A stretch of 64,000 bases of DNA. Source: Sminthopsis crassicaudata. Lineage: Eukaryota. The stretch's first letter is position 1. Each line of letters begins with the position of its first letter. Below the pieces are notes generated by a model that was given only the letters and a program-made list of their open reading frames with translations, had not been told where the DNA came from and did no database searches. The stretch spans positions 442,523,261 to 442,587,260 of the forward strand of contig NC_133620.1 in assembly GCF_048593235.1 (NCBI RefSeq). The letters run 5' to 3'. The position numbers and the translations under genes are program-made. This document shows positions 45,274-58,905 of the stretch, piece after piece.

Positions 45274-45599
45274 GCAGTTTAATCCCACACCTGAACTTCA
45301 CGATTCCTTCTTTGCTCATAGGGAGGCAGTTGGAATACTTGGGGATTTTGTTTCCTAAGGGTACAGCTTTAATCATCTAGTCACATCTCGGGGGGGGGAG
45401 GGGTGCAGAAAGGTGGCGATCCAAGTGTGAGGGAAACGATGAAAACTCGAGTGCAGAGAGAGAGTAACGGGTTTTCTCCAACTTTATGGGCCTCTCTCTT
45501 CCCAGAGTTCGCTCTGAACCCAGCACTTTCCCTAACAGGTGAGAGGCTCTGGGGCAAAGGCTTCTAATTAGTTGTAGAGGTTGGAGATCATCTAGTGTG

Positions 45600-47700
45600 A
45601 TGCAGATAAGGGAAGCTTTGGAGAGGCGCCCGCCTCAGGCTCTCGCCGGACCCCTTCCGTCCCACGTGCCTGACTCGGCACCTCTTTAGTACCTCTGTTA
45701 GAGGCGGGATTGCCGGTTAGTAGAAGTTAATATCTAGAGATTTGGAGGTTTACTGGGATACTTGAAAGGAGAGGGGTTGGATTCGCGCTCTGGCCTATAA
45801 ATTTGTAATTTGCTTAGAGCAAGATGTTAACTCTTGCATTTGAATCACAATGTATTAAATTCCCTAAAGGTTCCCCTGGGACGCCGTTAGAACTCTAAGA
45901 ATCACTTTGAAATGGAAAAATGCAAAATCTTTTTTAATACCCAAAGGTCCCCGCCCCCGGGCATTCAAACCTACGCTGTGGGACTCGTAACTAGCTATAA
46001 TCGTTAAATGTTTCGTCAATATCAGCGCCTCTTTCTTGGAGGGTGGATGAAATCAACCTCTTGTAATCATTTAACCGCACTTTTAAGAAGACTGAAGTAA
46101 CTTCTCTAGAAACGGATCTTGAGAAAAGAAAAAAATTAACGGGCGGACAAATAAACTTGATGATGTCAGGATTTATCGAGTCTGTCCGGGGTCAGTCTCT
46201 CAATTTTCCTTTATTTCCCGGCCGCTTCTCCCCTCCCCCCGTTTCAGTTCCCCTTTATGTGCCGTTTTCTCCCACCCCCCCATTAGAATGGAAGTTTCCC
46301 AGCGCGGAGCACAGTGTCAGGTACACAGTAAGGGATTAATAATGCCTCTTTTTAGAAAAACGCACCATTTCCACACGGGCCACTGTCACGCTCTTGCGTG
46401 CTTTAAGTGGAAGGAGAAGGAATGACCTCCAAGGGCCACGTTCGCGACAGCGTGACCCTAGCATCAAGAGCGACCTTTCGGTCCACACCCCATTCCGTCC
46501 CGAGGCTGAGATGTCTGGAGAACCGCGGTTCTGTCAGAGGCCCGGGGCAGAAACACCCACTAGGCGACCGCAGCCCGGGAGGAATTTTTCCTCACGATTT
46601 CTTCCAGTTCTTGGCGCCAAAAAAAAAAAAAAAAGAAAAAAAAGCCTTGGCTCCTCCCTTTGCCGGGACTTTGTAGTACGTAAAACCACGTAACATTCCG
46701 CGGCGCTAAAATAGTCCCTTCCACACAGACCCCGGGGGAGGTTTAGAGCCTTCCGCGAGCCTCGGGACTCGGAGAATTAGGCCCCAAGGCTCTACCACCT
46801 ACTCTTTAGCGGGTACAGAGATGGCTTTGATTGATTTCCACAGCGGATTCCTCCGCTAGGGTTGATCTTCTGCGGCCCCAGCACTTCCGGGTCCGCCATT
46901 TTGTCACCTCCATTTCTCCACGAGGGGGGGGTTAAAGGCCCCCCCCCCCAATATGCGTTTATGAAAAAGCCGAAAAAAGTGGCTAGTGCCGACCGGGCGT
47001 CCTACTCAGGGGAAAAAAAGGGACCAAACTGGCGGGAGCGGAGGGAGCAGGGTCGGCGGCACCCCTAACGCAGCGGTGAGTCCCCGGGGAGGAGGTGGGA
47101 AGAGGGGTGGGCTGGGGTGGGGGCCGTCAATCTCCGGAGGGGGCGAGCGCGTCCCCTCCCGCCGTTCCCCTCGCGGCCCCGGGCGTCGGAGCGGCGGGGG
47201 TAACCCCTGGAGGGGCCCGGAGGAAGGGGATGGAGTCGGGAGGAAGGGGAGGGGTCTGGGAGAGGGCGGGGAGCACCGGGGCCGGTGCCCAGGCACGGCC
47301 ACGGGGGGCGCCGGCGAGGCCGCTAGGGGACCCCACGTGTGCGCCCCATTTCTCCAGCGGGCCCGTCGGGAAGTGGCGAACGTGGGGGTCGCGGGGGCTT
47401 TGGCAGCCTCCGTCCGGCGCCCCTTCCCCGCCAGGGCCTCCTTCCCCGGGCGCCCTGGAAGCGTGCATGTGGTGCAGCCGCCGCCTAGTCCTCGGTGCAA
47501 ATAAATCCTCGGGCTGTCTCCTTCGGTCTTCATGCCCCCTTCTTTTAGACCGGGGAGGGCTGGGGATGGAGCCGCATTCCTTCAGGGAAGCAGAGACGGG
47601 TCTGTGCGGAGCGCGCGAGCCCGCCCGTGGCCGCGGCTGCATCAGCACTGGCTGCAGTGCTTGGGAACTTCGGGCCCAAAGCCTTGGCATTCAGAGAAGG
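45600..47700. promoter_or_regulatory. GABPB2 CpG-island promoter
   Basis: CpG-rich; ACTTCCGG (ETS/GABP) at 46883-46890 next to CCGCCATTTT (YY1) at 46893-46902. Confidence 0.88.
46895..47075 (+). other. GABPB2: GABPB2 non-coding exon 1 (5' end approximate)
   Basis: Donor GCAGCG|gtgagt at 47075/47076, downstream of the ETS+YY1 initiator module. Confidence 0.7.
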
Positions 47701-49107
47701 AATGGGGCCTTCAGGGAAGCTCAGTAGTTGCTGCTGTAAGAATACATATTCTGAATGGGCAGGGGGTCCTGTATATTTACCTATGTGTACATGTATTATT
47801 GAAACAGTCTTAACTGCTGCCCCAACCCCAGTCATGCACTGTCTCATGCTCAAACAAAAAAATGTGGCAGAGAGATGAGACCAACTCACTGCCTGCCTAC
47901 ATTTGTGAATTTATGTTTACTTTCTGTAATTGTTCCCTAGAAAATCGAAATCTTTTTTGGTTGTTTTAAGGAAATTCAGCATCCTTACTGGTATTTCTGC
48001 ACTTTGTTGCTTAGCTCATTCATTCCTTGTTTGGGAGCATTTATTGTAGGAGTGATCAAGATGTGTAAAATTTGCATCTTATATATAGGTTTTCTTGAAA
48101 ATGCCCTTCTGCGGGGAGCCAGCATCAGCAGAGTTCTTGACTGGTAAACTAGAAAAAACTGGTTTTAGAAGCAGAAGCACTACGCAAAATCTCTTTTGTG
48201 CCGTTTGATATATAAAGTCAAAAACCTTTAGGGAGACAACGGGGCAGAGCGGGGAAAGGGCTACATTTGAAATCTGGCCAACTTGGGTTAGAGCACTGTA
48301 TCTTCCTCTTGTTAGTTGATCGATTTGCTTATGGCAGTGCGGATTAGCCGCTCTCAGCCATACGATTCTGGTCTATAAAAAGTCTACTTAAGAAGACCGT
48401 TCTAAGGAAAAAAATTTTTTAGTCCTCAAGCATGATGGAAACTTAAGCTGTTATTATTTATTCCCTCCTGAGAATTGTAGTATTCTTGGAAGATAGAGAT
48501 CACGGTCATCTTATGTAAATGGAGAAATTGAGTCATGGAATGTAAGAGCATTTGGCCTAGGATCCAGCCAGGAAAGTTACTTGACTTTCGTCTCTCCTTG
48601 TGGGGCCCTGTGCCCTGGAATTAGCTTGAGGACAGGGACCTGTGTTAACTGGTTTGATTTAGAACCCTGTGCAGACTATTTGGTTGTGCTACACATTGAT
48701 CCCAAGTCCTACCACTGTTTATAAAATACTGGTTTCTAACATGAATTCCTTAATTTCATCAAACAGTGGTTTGTAAGAGGTTTTTTACGCAGCCAAGCCT
48801 TCTCTTCTGTCCTCTGGAAATCATATACTATACAATGTCCTAAAAGAATTGGGGCAGTTTTTAAACTATGAAAACGTAAAACTGCAGTAAGACTTTTGGG
48901 ACACCCTATACAATACTTGAGTTTCTTGAAATGAAATTTGGCACAGAGTTAGTTAATTTCACAGCAGTTGCATGCTGCTTTATTGACTGACAAGCAGAAT
49001 AAGAAAAATGAACTTGGGGTCATTTCATTGTAATGCTTTATGTTTGTCAGAGCATTTTTATTTTAGGGCTGAAAGTGGATTGTTGGTTAGGATGTATGCA
49101 TTTCCTA

Positions 49108-50819
49108 GCTTCTGTAAATAGATCTGAAAAAGAGCAATGTGAGTTAAGCTCAGTTATACATCTCCCAAGGAAAAGGAAAATGTGAGACACTAAGACGTCA
49201 GATGAGAGAGAAACCAGAAGGTGAACTGCTAATAGGTCAGCCCAGAGTCTGAGGAAAGCATATTCATTAACACTATTGTTTTGGGGGTTACAGCTTCCTG
49301 AAAATACTTATTCTTATGCATAAAGATGTCTTTGGTGGACCTGGGGAAGAGGTTGCTAGAAGCTGCAAGAAAAGGACAAGATGATGAAGTGAGGACTTTG
49401 ATGGCCAATGGCGCCCCTTTTACTACAGATTGGGTAAGTTTAGGGGAGAGAGCATCTTTCTAAGCTACCTGAAGCAGAGACCATCAAGTCATGCGTTTAC
49501 CATCAAGGGAAGTAAAGAAGGGGATGAATCTAAGATTCATGAGCTCTCAGCAGTTTTTGAATCCACTCCTTAATCTACAGCATTCCTGATTTGAGCTGGA
49601 TTTCTTCCAGCCTGTGTTTTAAGACCTCTAGTGATTGAGGAACTCACTACCCACCAAGAATCTTCATTCTATTTTTGGACAACATTAGTTATTAGGAAGC
49701 TTTACCTTATTATGTTCAGCCAAAATCTGCTACCTTTTATCTCCTGCCTGTTCTATTCATTAGTCCTTCATCATGAATCAAAACAGGACACGACTGTGGA
49801 GTATTGTTCTAGAGAATTGCTGAATTCTGAGACTACCCGTAGGGGTACAGAGACAAAATATAGCCCAAAGATGTTAATGATCATCTCTGACCTGGAGAGG
49901 ATGAAGCAAGATTTCAGTGGACTGTTCTTTCTTGGAGACCTTTTTTGGTGCTTTATTTCTCACCTCTCCAGGTTTTGTGCCTTTTGTTATACCTGAAGAC
50001 ATGATTAGTGTGCCATTTTGTACTCCACTTTTTCAGATTCGATCTTATCAATGTATTGGTGATAGTTGAGATTTGTATGTTTCCGGAATGTTTTTCAGTG
50101 TGTCTTCTGGGTGTATTTGAGTATATTTGCAGGGCAGTGAGACGGCATGGTGGACAAAATATTGGGCCTTGGAGTCAGGAGGACCCGAGTTCAAATTTGA
50201 CCTCAGGCATTTACTAGCTGTGTGACCTGGGCAAATCATTTAATCCTGTTTGCCTCAGTTTCCTCAGTTAAATAAGCAGGAGAAGAAAATGGTAAATTTT
50301 TTCCAAGAAAACCCCAAATGGGTCATGAAGAGTCAGACAAAGCACCAAAATCACTGAAAACAATACTTGGATTGGAAACATCTGGAATTACCTGAAATTC
50401 AACAGAATCAGAACAATGAGGATGAATTTTTAAAGCAGTAAATGTTTTGATTTCCTTTTCACCATTGTGTTCTGATTGACAAGAATTTTCTAGTCCTTTT
50501 CAATTTCCTTTGTCAGTCTTCTAACAATTAAAGAGAAAAATGTCATTTCCAGAGACTTAAAAGCCAGCAAGAGATCCAGGTTATTATGTTAATTCTTGGA
50601 GGTTCCTAAGACTTTCCCTGGTTTTTAACTGCTTGGGTGAAGGAGCTTCCTCTTGTTCTGTGGAGATTATTTCATGCACTTAGGACCAGCTGCTCTTCCA
50701 TGAGAGAGGAAGAAGAGCCTTCAAAATGAATGCTTCTGTAAATAGATCTGGGAAAAAGCAATGTAAATTAAGCCCAGTTATGCATATCACAAGGAAAATG
50801 AAAATGTGAGACACTAAGA
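49108..50819 (+). repeat. 88-bp direct repeat pair (49108-49195 and 50732-50819) flanking GABPB2 exon 2
   Basis: Ungapped hand alignment, 78/88 identical. Confidence 0.92.
49326..49433 (+). CDS. GABPB2: GABPB2 exon 2 (starts at the ATG)
   Basis: taaag|ATGTCT ... TGG|gtaagt. Confidence 0.96.
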
Positions 50820-53800
50820 GTGAGCAAAAGGAGCTTAAAATAAAGAGCACTAGACTTTGAGGAACAGCCGTTGTTCAGATTTCAGAGCAGAGTATTGATA
50901 ATTCAAGTATTGGTAAATCAAGCCATGGATGAGAAATCGTTGTTTTTTGCCATTGACAGGTTCTCACCAACACCATTCTACTATGCACTTCAGCCCTTAC
51001 TTCCAGTTCTGCAACCTTATTTTGCAATACAAAATATTTGTATTGCATCTACAGATCCACTACTTTAAACAAAGTGATTTCTATTAAGATGTATTTGTAG
51101 AATCCCAGAGTCTTGGTCTACAATAGGACTTTGACATATGATTTGCTAATCCCTATTTCTCTCCTATGTTTCTTTTACCAATTCATATTCCTCATCAGCT
51201 TTCCAATCCTGCATGGGGTCAGTACATCTAGGAAACTTTTCCTGTTTTAATTCTACGTGATGATTCAGTTTTTAAAATTTATTTATTCATTTTAAATGAT
51301 CAATCTCTTTTGTTATAACCACCTTTATTTTTGAATATATCCCGTTTCCCAAGAAAGATATTAACAAGTAATAAAAGGGGGAAAAAAACCAACAGTTCAA
51401 ATTTAACACATCTGTCAGGTCTGAAAGTATTTGCAATGTCCATACCCATAATTCTTTACTTCTGCAGAAAAGGGCTAACTAGTTTTGCGATTTCACCCAC
51501 AAACTTAGGTAATTAGCTGTCAGTATGTCAGTTCAGGTTTGCTGAAAGTGATGAAAGGCATTTCCAGGTCTTTGGTGTTGACTTCTCCTCCAGGTTAATG
51601 GTTTCAGTGGGACCTAGATGGGATCACAATTCCTGTCTTTATATGTCCTCCCTAGTGTCAAGTCCAGGATGTGCACGGCTTCAATGGGCATTATTTTTCC
51701 ACAGCTTGGAACATCACCTCTCCACCTCGCAGCCCAGTATGGTCATTATTCCACGGCAGAAGTACTCCTGAGAGCAGGGGTTAGCAGAGATGCCAGGACT
51801 AAGGTAGACAGAACTCCCTTGCACATGGCTGCAGCAGATGGACATGCACACATCGTGGAGCTTCTTGTCCGGGTAAAGCAAGACATGGTTGGATTGATTC
51901 CTATTCAAATAAGAACTGTTAATGTAGGTTGTAGACAGGCCTGCAGAGGCTTCGAGAGCTTTGAATGGGCAAGAGGGAATTGGGTGGAAAAGCTAAGCTC
52001 CTAGGACAGAATTGATCTTTCTCAAGGTTAGGAGTGGGAAGAGTCAGGCTCCTCTCACTTAAAATATAGAAGAATGAACAGTCCCTGGTTGTTTTTCAAA
52101 CATTTACATTTCATTTTGTATATAATGAGACAAATATGTTTGTTTTTTTTTGTTTGTTTGTTTGTTTTTGTTTTTTACTGAGAAATAATGCTCCCTTTTC
52201 TGTTACAGTTCCTTAATACTTTCCTTTTGAAAAAAGTTTGTGTAGCATTTTTATTACCATTATGAGAAGGAGAATTTGGAGATGTTTTCTTTCTATGGTA
52301 TTCAAGCATGATCCAAAGTAGAATATGTATAATTCTCCAGTAATTCTTCAAATTTTGTGATGGGAATTCATACCTACCATATATCTATCATCTTAGTTGA
52401 AATTTATTTTTTTGTGGCAGAATGGTGCAGATGTGAATGCCAAGGACATGTTGAAAATGACTGCTTTGCACTGGGCCACAGAACACCATCATCGTGATGT
52501 GGTAGAGTTGCTGATTAAGTATGGAGCTGATGTCCATGCCTTTAGCAAATTTGATAAATCTGCCTTTGATATAGCTCTGGAGAAGAACAACCCAGAGATT
52601 CTTATTATTCTCCAGGTATGTGACTACTGTATTTAACTTTCATTTCCTTAGATTCTAGTCAAACAAGTTGAAATTTATTATAAAAATGGATTCAAAATGG
52701 AATTTCCCCAAACCTTTCAAAATAATACTTTAAAAAATATATATTTTAAAAACAGTGGAGGGGAGGGTCTGTGTACCATGCTCTGTAGTCAATTCAGTTT
52801 TTATTTTTCAAAGGGAATAATGGTATGGGCAATAAAAAATTAATTTGCATTTATAATCTGTTGTGTTATTTTCTTCCAAGAGTTTACCTGTCCCGTTATT
52901 TTTGGCTGAGATAAATGCCATTCCATGTTTTCTGAATATCTATTAATTGGTAAGGGAGGCTGTCTCATAATCATGCTTGTGATCATAAGGAAGGCTAAAA
53001 CTTAAAATGTAATGTAGGTAATTGAATTGATTGTACATGAGAAATAGATGCAACATTTTATTCCTTTTTTGTCTGTTTTTCCCCTAAGTAGTTCCCTACA
53101 GACTTATTGCCCTGTTCAACTCTCAGTTCCCTTTTTAAACTTCTTTATATAACAGAGACTTTTTTTTTTAGCCCTGAGCATGTTTGTGGAAAACTGCTTC
53201 TGATGATACAGAATTTGAAAGGAGGCCATCTTTGCTTCAACTGTATGGGAACTAGACTGCAAAAGGTCATGTTCCAAATGTGAGAGTCATTATTTGGGCT
53301 GCTGCATATTTGTGCATTTCTTCAGCACAATGTTCCAAACTCTGACGATATGGAGGCAGATTAACACGCCATTCGTGTATATTGTGGGTCAGAAGAGATA
53401 GGTAGGAATTAACCAGTTTGGCCCCCTTCTATTAGGGAAGGTGAGAAACAAAAAATTGAAGTGGCTTGCCTATCTCTTTGTTTTCCTAAAACATAAACAG
53501 CCCTGGAAAAGTAACTTGATGTCTTTTGTCTGAGAAAAAATCCCAGCAGCCTAATTTGAGCACTGAACTCCCGGGGACATTTTGTGCTGGAACTGGTTCT
53601 GGATGGTGGAACGTTGTCAAGGGAGCTGCTGAGTTACTGTGTAACTAAGGCTATAATAAGCATTCTGACTTTGAAGTCGTGCCTTGTGTGGCAGGAGGCA
53701 ATGCAGAACCAGGTGAACGCCAACCCCGGGAGAGCCAGCCCGGTGACCGGCGCGGTGACGATGGCTGCGCCCTTCATCTTCACGTCAGGAGAAGTAGTCA

Positions 53801-56800
53801 ACCTCGCCAGCCTCGTTTCTTCAGCCAACACCAAGACCAGCACAGGTAACGGGCCATCCCAAAGGGCCCTGATTTCCGTACCCAGAGTCCTTAGGGTGCT
53901 AGCAGGTTTTCCTTTATGCTAGAGAAGTACAAGGTGGCGCCACAATGCACTGCGAGCTGAGCCTGGATTGGCCAGGTCACCTCACCTGCCTGCCTTGGTT
54001 TCCTCCATTGTAAAATGGGCACAATAGCAGCACCTACCTCACAGGGTTGTTGTGAGGATCAGATGAGAGAATATTGTCAAGTGCTTAACACAAGGCCTAG
54101 CCCATAGTAGGGGTTTTAAGTTATTTTCAACTTCATTCTCTCTGTAAATAGGATAAATAGTAATAAGAGACTTCTTAATAAGTTGTATTTTGTGCTTCTA
54201 CCCTTATTTCTCTTTGGGAGGGGGAAATGGCATAGAGAATAAAAGGTGTCAAGATCTGTGTTCAAATCACTCTGAGTCACTCACTCCCTTCATGACTCTA
54301 GGAAATTGACTTAACCTCTCTGGGTCTCAGTTACCTTATTTATAATCAGACTATTTGATCTTTATGGTCACTTCTAATTCTAAATACATGATTCGGTGAA
54401 TATATCTGGGCACTTTTTCTGATTGAAGATGAAGCTTGCTCCTGAAGAGCTGCCTTTAATACAAAACTCCATGTTAATCTCCCAAATAAAAGTGAAGTAT
54501 TTGTCAGTTTCTAACCAGAAAAATAATTGAATATGCATGTTCTGGAAGTGTAGCAATTATAGGAAAAGAGAAGTTAATTAAAAATTTTAAATTCAGTTGT
54601 AACCCTAAGTTATTTTGCTGAAGAAATTAAGGGTATGTTCTTGCAAACTGCTTAGAAATGAAGTTAGGAGGGGCAGCCAGACAGCACAGTGCAGAGTGTT
54701 CAAATTTGACCTCAGACACTTAACACTTAATAGTTTTGTGATCCTTAACCCAATTCCCTTGGCAAAAAAAAGAAAGGAAGGAAGGAAGTCTATAGTGTTA
54801 GCAAACCTGCTTTAGCAAGTTTATTTATCAGGTTTTTTTTGTTGGTTTATTTTACAAATATTTGTATTAAAGTAGAGGAATTTGAAGCTTCTTGTTTGGG
54901 TTTCCATTAACTTCATCTGACTTGATATTTGACTTTTTAACTCAAAGTTAAAGAGAAGATTCATAATTCTGGTATGGTTTTCTGAATATTAGAGAAAGAA
55001 TACAGGATTGCTATTTAAAGAAAAACTTGTTCTCTCTTTATGGTTTAATTGCCTCTTAATGTTTTCTCTGGTTTAACCACTAGGGGACAATATTGCTCTT
55101 CCCTTTTATAAGCCGTGAGCCACCTTTTGCTTCAGATAGATAATTTAAAAAACAATTGTTTTTAATGGTGCACAGATACAAAAACACTGCTCATAGGCCA
55201 TACTCAAGGACATGACTTTAAATATTCTTTAAATAAAGTTCTATTTCAGCATTTGAGGAGTGGATATGTTTCCAATGCTGAACCGACTTGGCCTGCAGAC
55301 AGAGTTGTGGTCTCCATTCTCATGAGCCAGAATCACATTGCTTGTGGTATTTTGGACAAATACTCCACTCCTCATGGCTATTTGTTGTAGCAAATGTTAG
55401 GTTCTCAGGCCAATCCATAACTGATGTCCTTAAAGTAGTCTGTTACTTATGAAGTGGTTTACCAGCACTTCTTTATAGCTTGCTGATCTTCTGGATGTTT
55501 AATACATGTAGGAAAGGAGGAAAGAAAACAAATAGAGAAATTCAGAGAAAAAAATGTTTTCCTCTTTGACATTTTAATTTCTCAGTGTTTTATTACTTCA
55601 AGGTGTTCTTTTTTCCAAGAAACAGTTTATACTATATCATTTTGGTGTTTTGAGATTATAGGGTTCAAATCCTAACCTGAAAATCCAGAGCTTTCAGTTA
55701 TCTATATGTAATGTATTTGCAGTAGTTTAAAAATTCTAGACTTTAGTTCTTGTACTGCCTAGTATCCTCCAAGCTGTCTCCCCCAAGCACCAGTCACATC
55801 CTGGAAAAGTACAGTTTTAAAAATTGACAACAGACAAATTTGCTTCTCTTTGACTTAATACATTCTAGAACTTGATATCAATGATTTTTGGATACTCTGG
55901 TATTTTGACTTTTCCTTGCTTCTGTTGCCATCCATAAATGTAGATAACAGAAGGTGGCTTAAAACCCTGTTGCCTGTTAAGGTATAATATTTCATCAAGC
56001 TAACACTTAACTCCATCAGACTTAAGATGGAGGCAGCTTATTGCCTTTGGATTTACAGTAATTACGTTAGGATCTGCTCTAATTATCACTAACATTGAGA
56101 TTGGCTAGCTGGTGACAGTTAGTTTCCTTTATCCCAAGCCTCCAATTAATCCTGGCCTGGGGCCTTTGATCATCTGTTTCAAGTTATAAACAAAATAATC
56201 TGTTCCCTGGCACATTTTATGATATTTTTAAATGTTGGGTTATGCCCTCTAGGAGCAAGGAAAGGATACTGTTGAGGAAAAAAATCTACCACATCCCAAT
56301 GCTTCTGGGAGAGGTCTGAGATATCACTTGCTTTTTTGATGTATTTATTAGTTATAATTGGTATTAAATGTCAGAGACCATGTATGTGTATATGGGAAGA
56401 ACCCTCAATTTTAGAAAATATCTGTGTGGTGTGAAGACCATTTAGATAATTACATTGACGCTGTCTTGTTAATTCATTTCTGTATTGAAAGAAATTTGAG
56501 TGATTGATTGTGTGAGCCAAAAGCTCATACTAAGTACTCTAGCAAAGCATATTTTTAATGAACTGCTTCCATCAAACTGGTTTTTCACATGGATTCTACT
56601 CTTACAAGAAACTTAACAGATAAAAGTTCAATTGTTTCTTCAGCAGAGGTGTTACAGTGGGGTTTGCTGTGACTGGCAGCGACTAACCAAGAGAGTGCCT
56701 TAGAGGAGGGAGGTCAGGTAGTTCTGTGGACTTCAGCCCCCTGACTTCCTGAACAGGTTCTTTTATTTGGGGTACTGTGCACAGAGCGCTGGACTCAGGC

Positions 56801-58854
56801 TCAGGAAGACCCAAGTTCAGATATTGCCTCAGACACTGACTAGTCATGAGAGCCTGTCTTCCTAACCTCTGCCTTCTTCAGCTGTGAAATGGGCATAGAA
56901 ACAGCCTCTCAGGGATATTGTGAAGATCAAACAAGATGCTGTTTATAAAGGGCTTTTCAAACCTAAGTTTAGCAGTAGTTAAATGCTAGCAATTATGTAT
57001 TTTTTTAAAAATAATTTTTTTTTAAATTTTTTAAGCTTAAGGAACACAGGATAAAATGAATGTTTATATATATATATGTGATGGGCATATAATAAGTACT
57101 TAAATACTTAACTGACACATAATAGAACAGAAAAAGAGGATCATACACAAAACTGTGAATTTTTTAATGTACAACGTACTTTCTTTTTAAATATCTAATA
57201 AATTCAACATGTGACTTTCAAAACAGTCTTGCTTGTCTGTCATTCTTTCTGGCCTTCTATTCTCTCCTGTATGCTTCATGTTTGAATGACCCACTTTACT
57301 TTTTCCTTCTTTTTTGCTGCCCTATCCTTCGCCTCCCTCTCCTGCCTAACCCCATCTTATTCCATTGGGAAAAGATAAAAGATAAACCAAACCTTTGTAA
57401 CAAATAGGCACAGCCAAACAGATTCCCATGTTGGCTCAGTCCAAAAATTTCATCATTGATTCCTTTCATCATTCTTATGGCTCAGTAATATTACATTGCA
57501 TTCATATAATGATGATAGAAGTAGCCAACATTTAGATAGATCTTTAGGTTTAAAGAGCACTTTACACACATTGATTTACCTTTAGCCCTCATAACAACCT
57601 TTTAGGGTAAGTGTTATCACCAGTTTTTATAGATGAGGAAACTAAAGGTATTATATTTTATAAGCTTTGAAGTGAAATTTTAACTCTGGTCTTCTGACTC
57701 CAAAAAATCAGTCAATCATCTATCTGTTGTATCACCTAGCTTCTTTTATATTATCATTTTCCAATCATCTCCAATTTAAGGGCATTCCCTTAGTTTCCAT
57801 TCCTTTGCCAAAACAACAAAAACTGCTGTAAATATTTTTGTACATATGGAACATTTTGTATATTTCCTTTGACTTATTGACCATATCTCAAATATAGGGT
57901 GTCCCCAAAGTCTTAAGACAGTTAATAGCTTATTATTTTTGAGCTAATAAAATTCAGAACTACTCTAAAAAACTTTTGGGGCACTCTATATATGTCTGTT
58001 TTGCATCACTTCTCTGGCAGGAGGTAGTGACCTATTTCATCTTCAATCTTTAGGATTTGTGGTTTGGCATTACCTTGATCAAAGTACTAAAGACTTTCAA
58101 AGTTGTTTTTCTCTATGATATTTTACTTATTTTAGCAATTATCTAAATTGTGTCCTTAGTTTTGCTCACTTTGCTCTGTATAAAAGTCTTCCCAGTTTTC
58201 CTTGAAACAGTAAATGTCTTCATTCCTTCTGACAAGGAAGCTTTTCCATTCACACACTATAATTTGTTTAGTCATTGTCTATAGGAGGACACCTTTTTGT
58301 TTTCCAGTTTGGGGCTCCTGTGAGACCTTTTCTGCTTTCTTTGATCTCTTTAGGATAGAAACCTTGTAGTGTTATAGGTGGATCAAAGGATATGTATGCA
58401 GTTTAGTGATTTTTAAACCATAGTTTTAAACATAGTTTGCACTTATTTTCCAGACAATCTCAGATTGGTTCACAACTCTACCAGCAGTTACTCGTGTGCT
58501 AGCTGTCCTGCAGGCCTGTCATTTCTTCTTTTGTTAGCTTCACTAGACTGATAAGTGTACCTGTCTGTAATTATTAGTGATTTGGAGCATCTTTCCTTTT
58601 GGTTTTTAATTGCTTGGCTTTCTTCCTTTGAAAACTGTCTATCTATACATAGCCTTCCTAACATCTCTTTTTCTTATAAGAGTGAGATTTTCTTTAGAAA
58701 AACTTGCACAAGATTTTTTTTCTCAGTTAATTTTTATTTGCTTTGGTATAGTTTATATAAAATTTTTAATTAAAAAAAATAACAAATTGTATAATTTTCA
58801 GAAGAAGGTAAATATTTTAATTAGAAGTTGAATAGAGGGCCATGATAACCAGTG

Positions 58855-58905
<51 letters not shown>

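Noticed and set aside
50940-50965. Decayed duplicate of GABPB2 exon 2 after the second 88-bp repeat
   Set aside because: An acceptor-like motif exists (ttgttttttgccattgacag), but the following sequence shows no similarity to exon 2.
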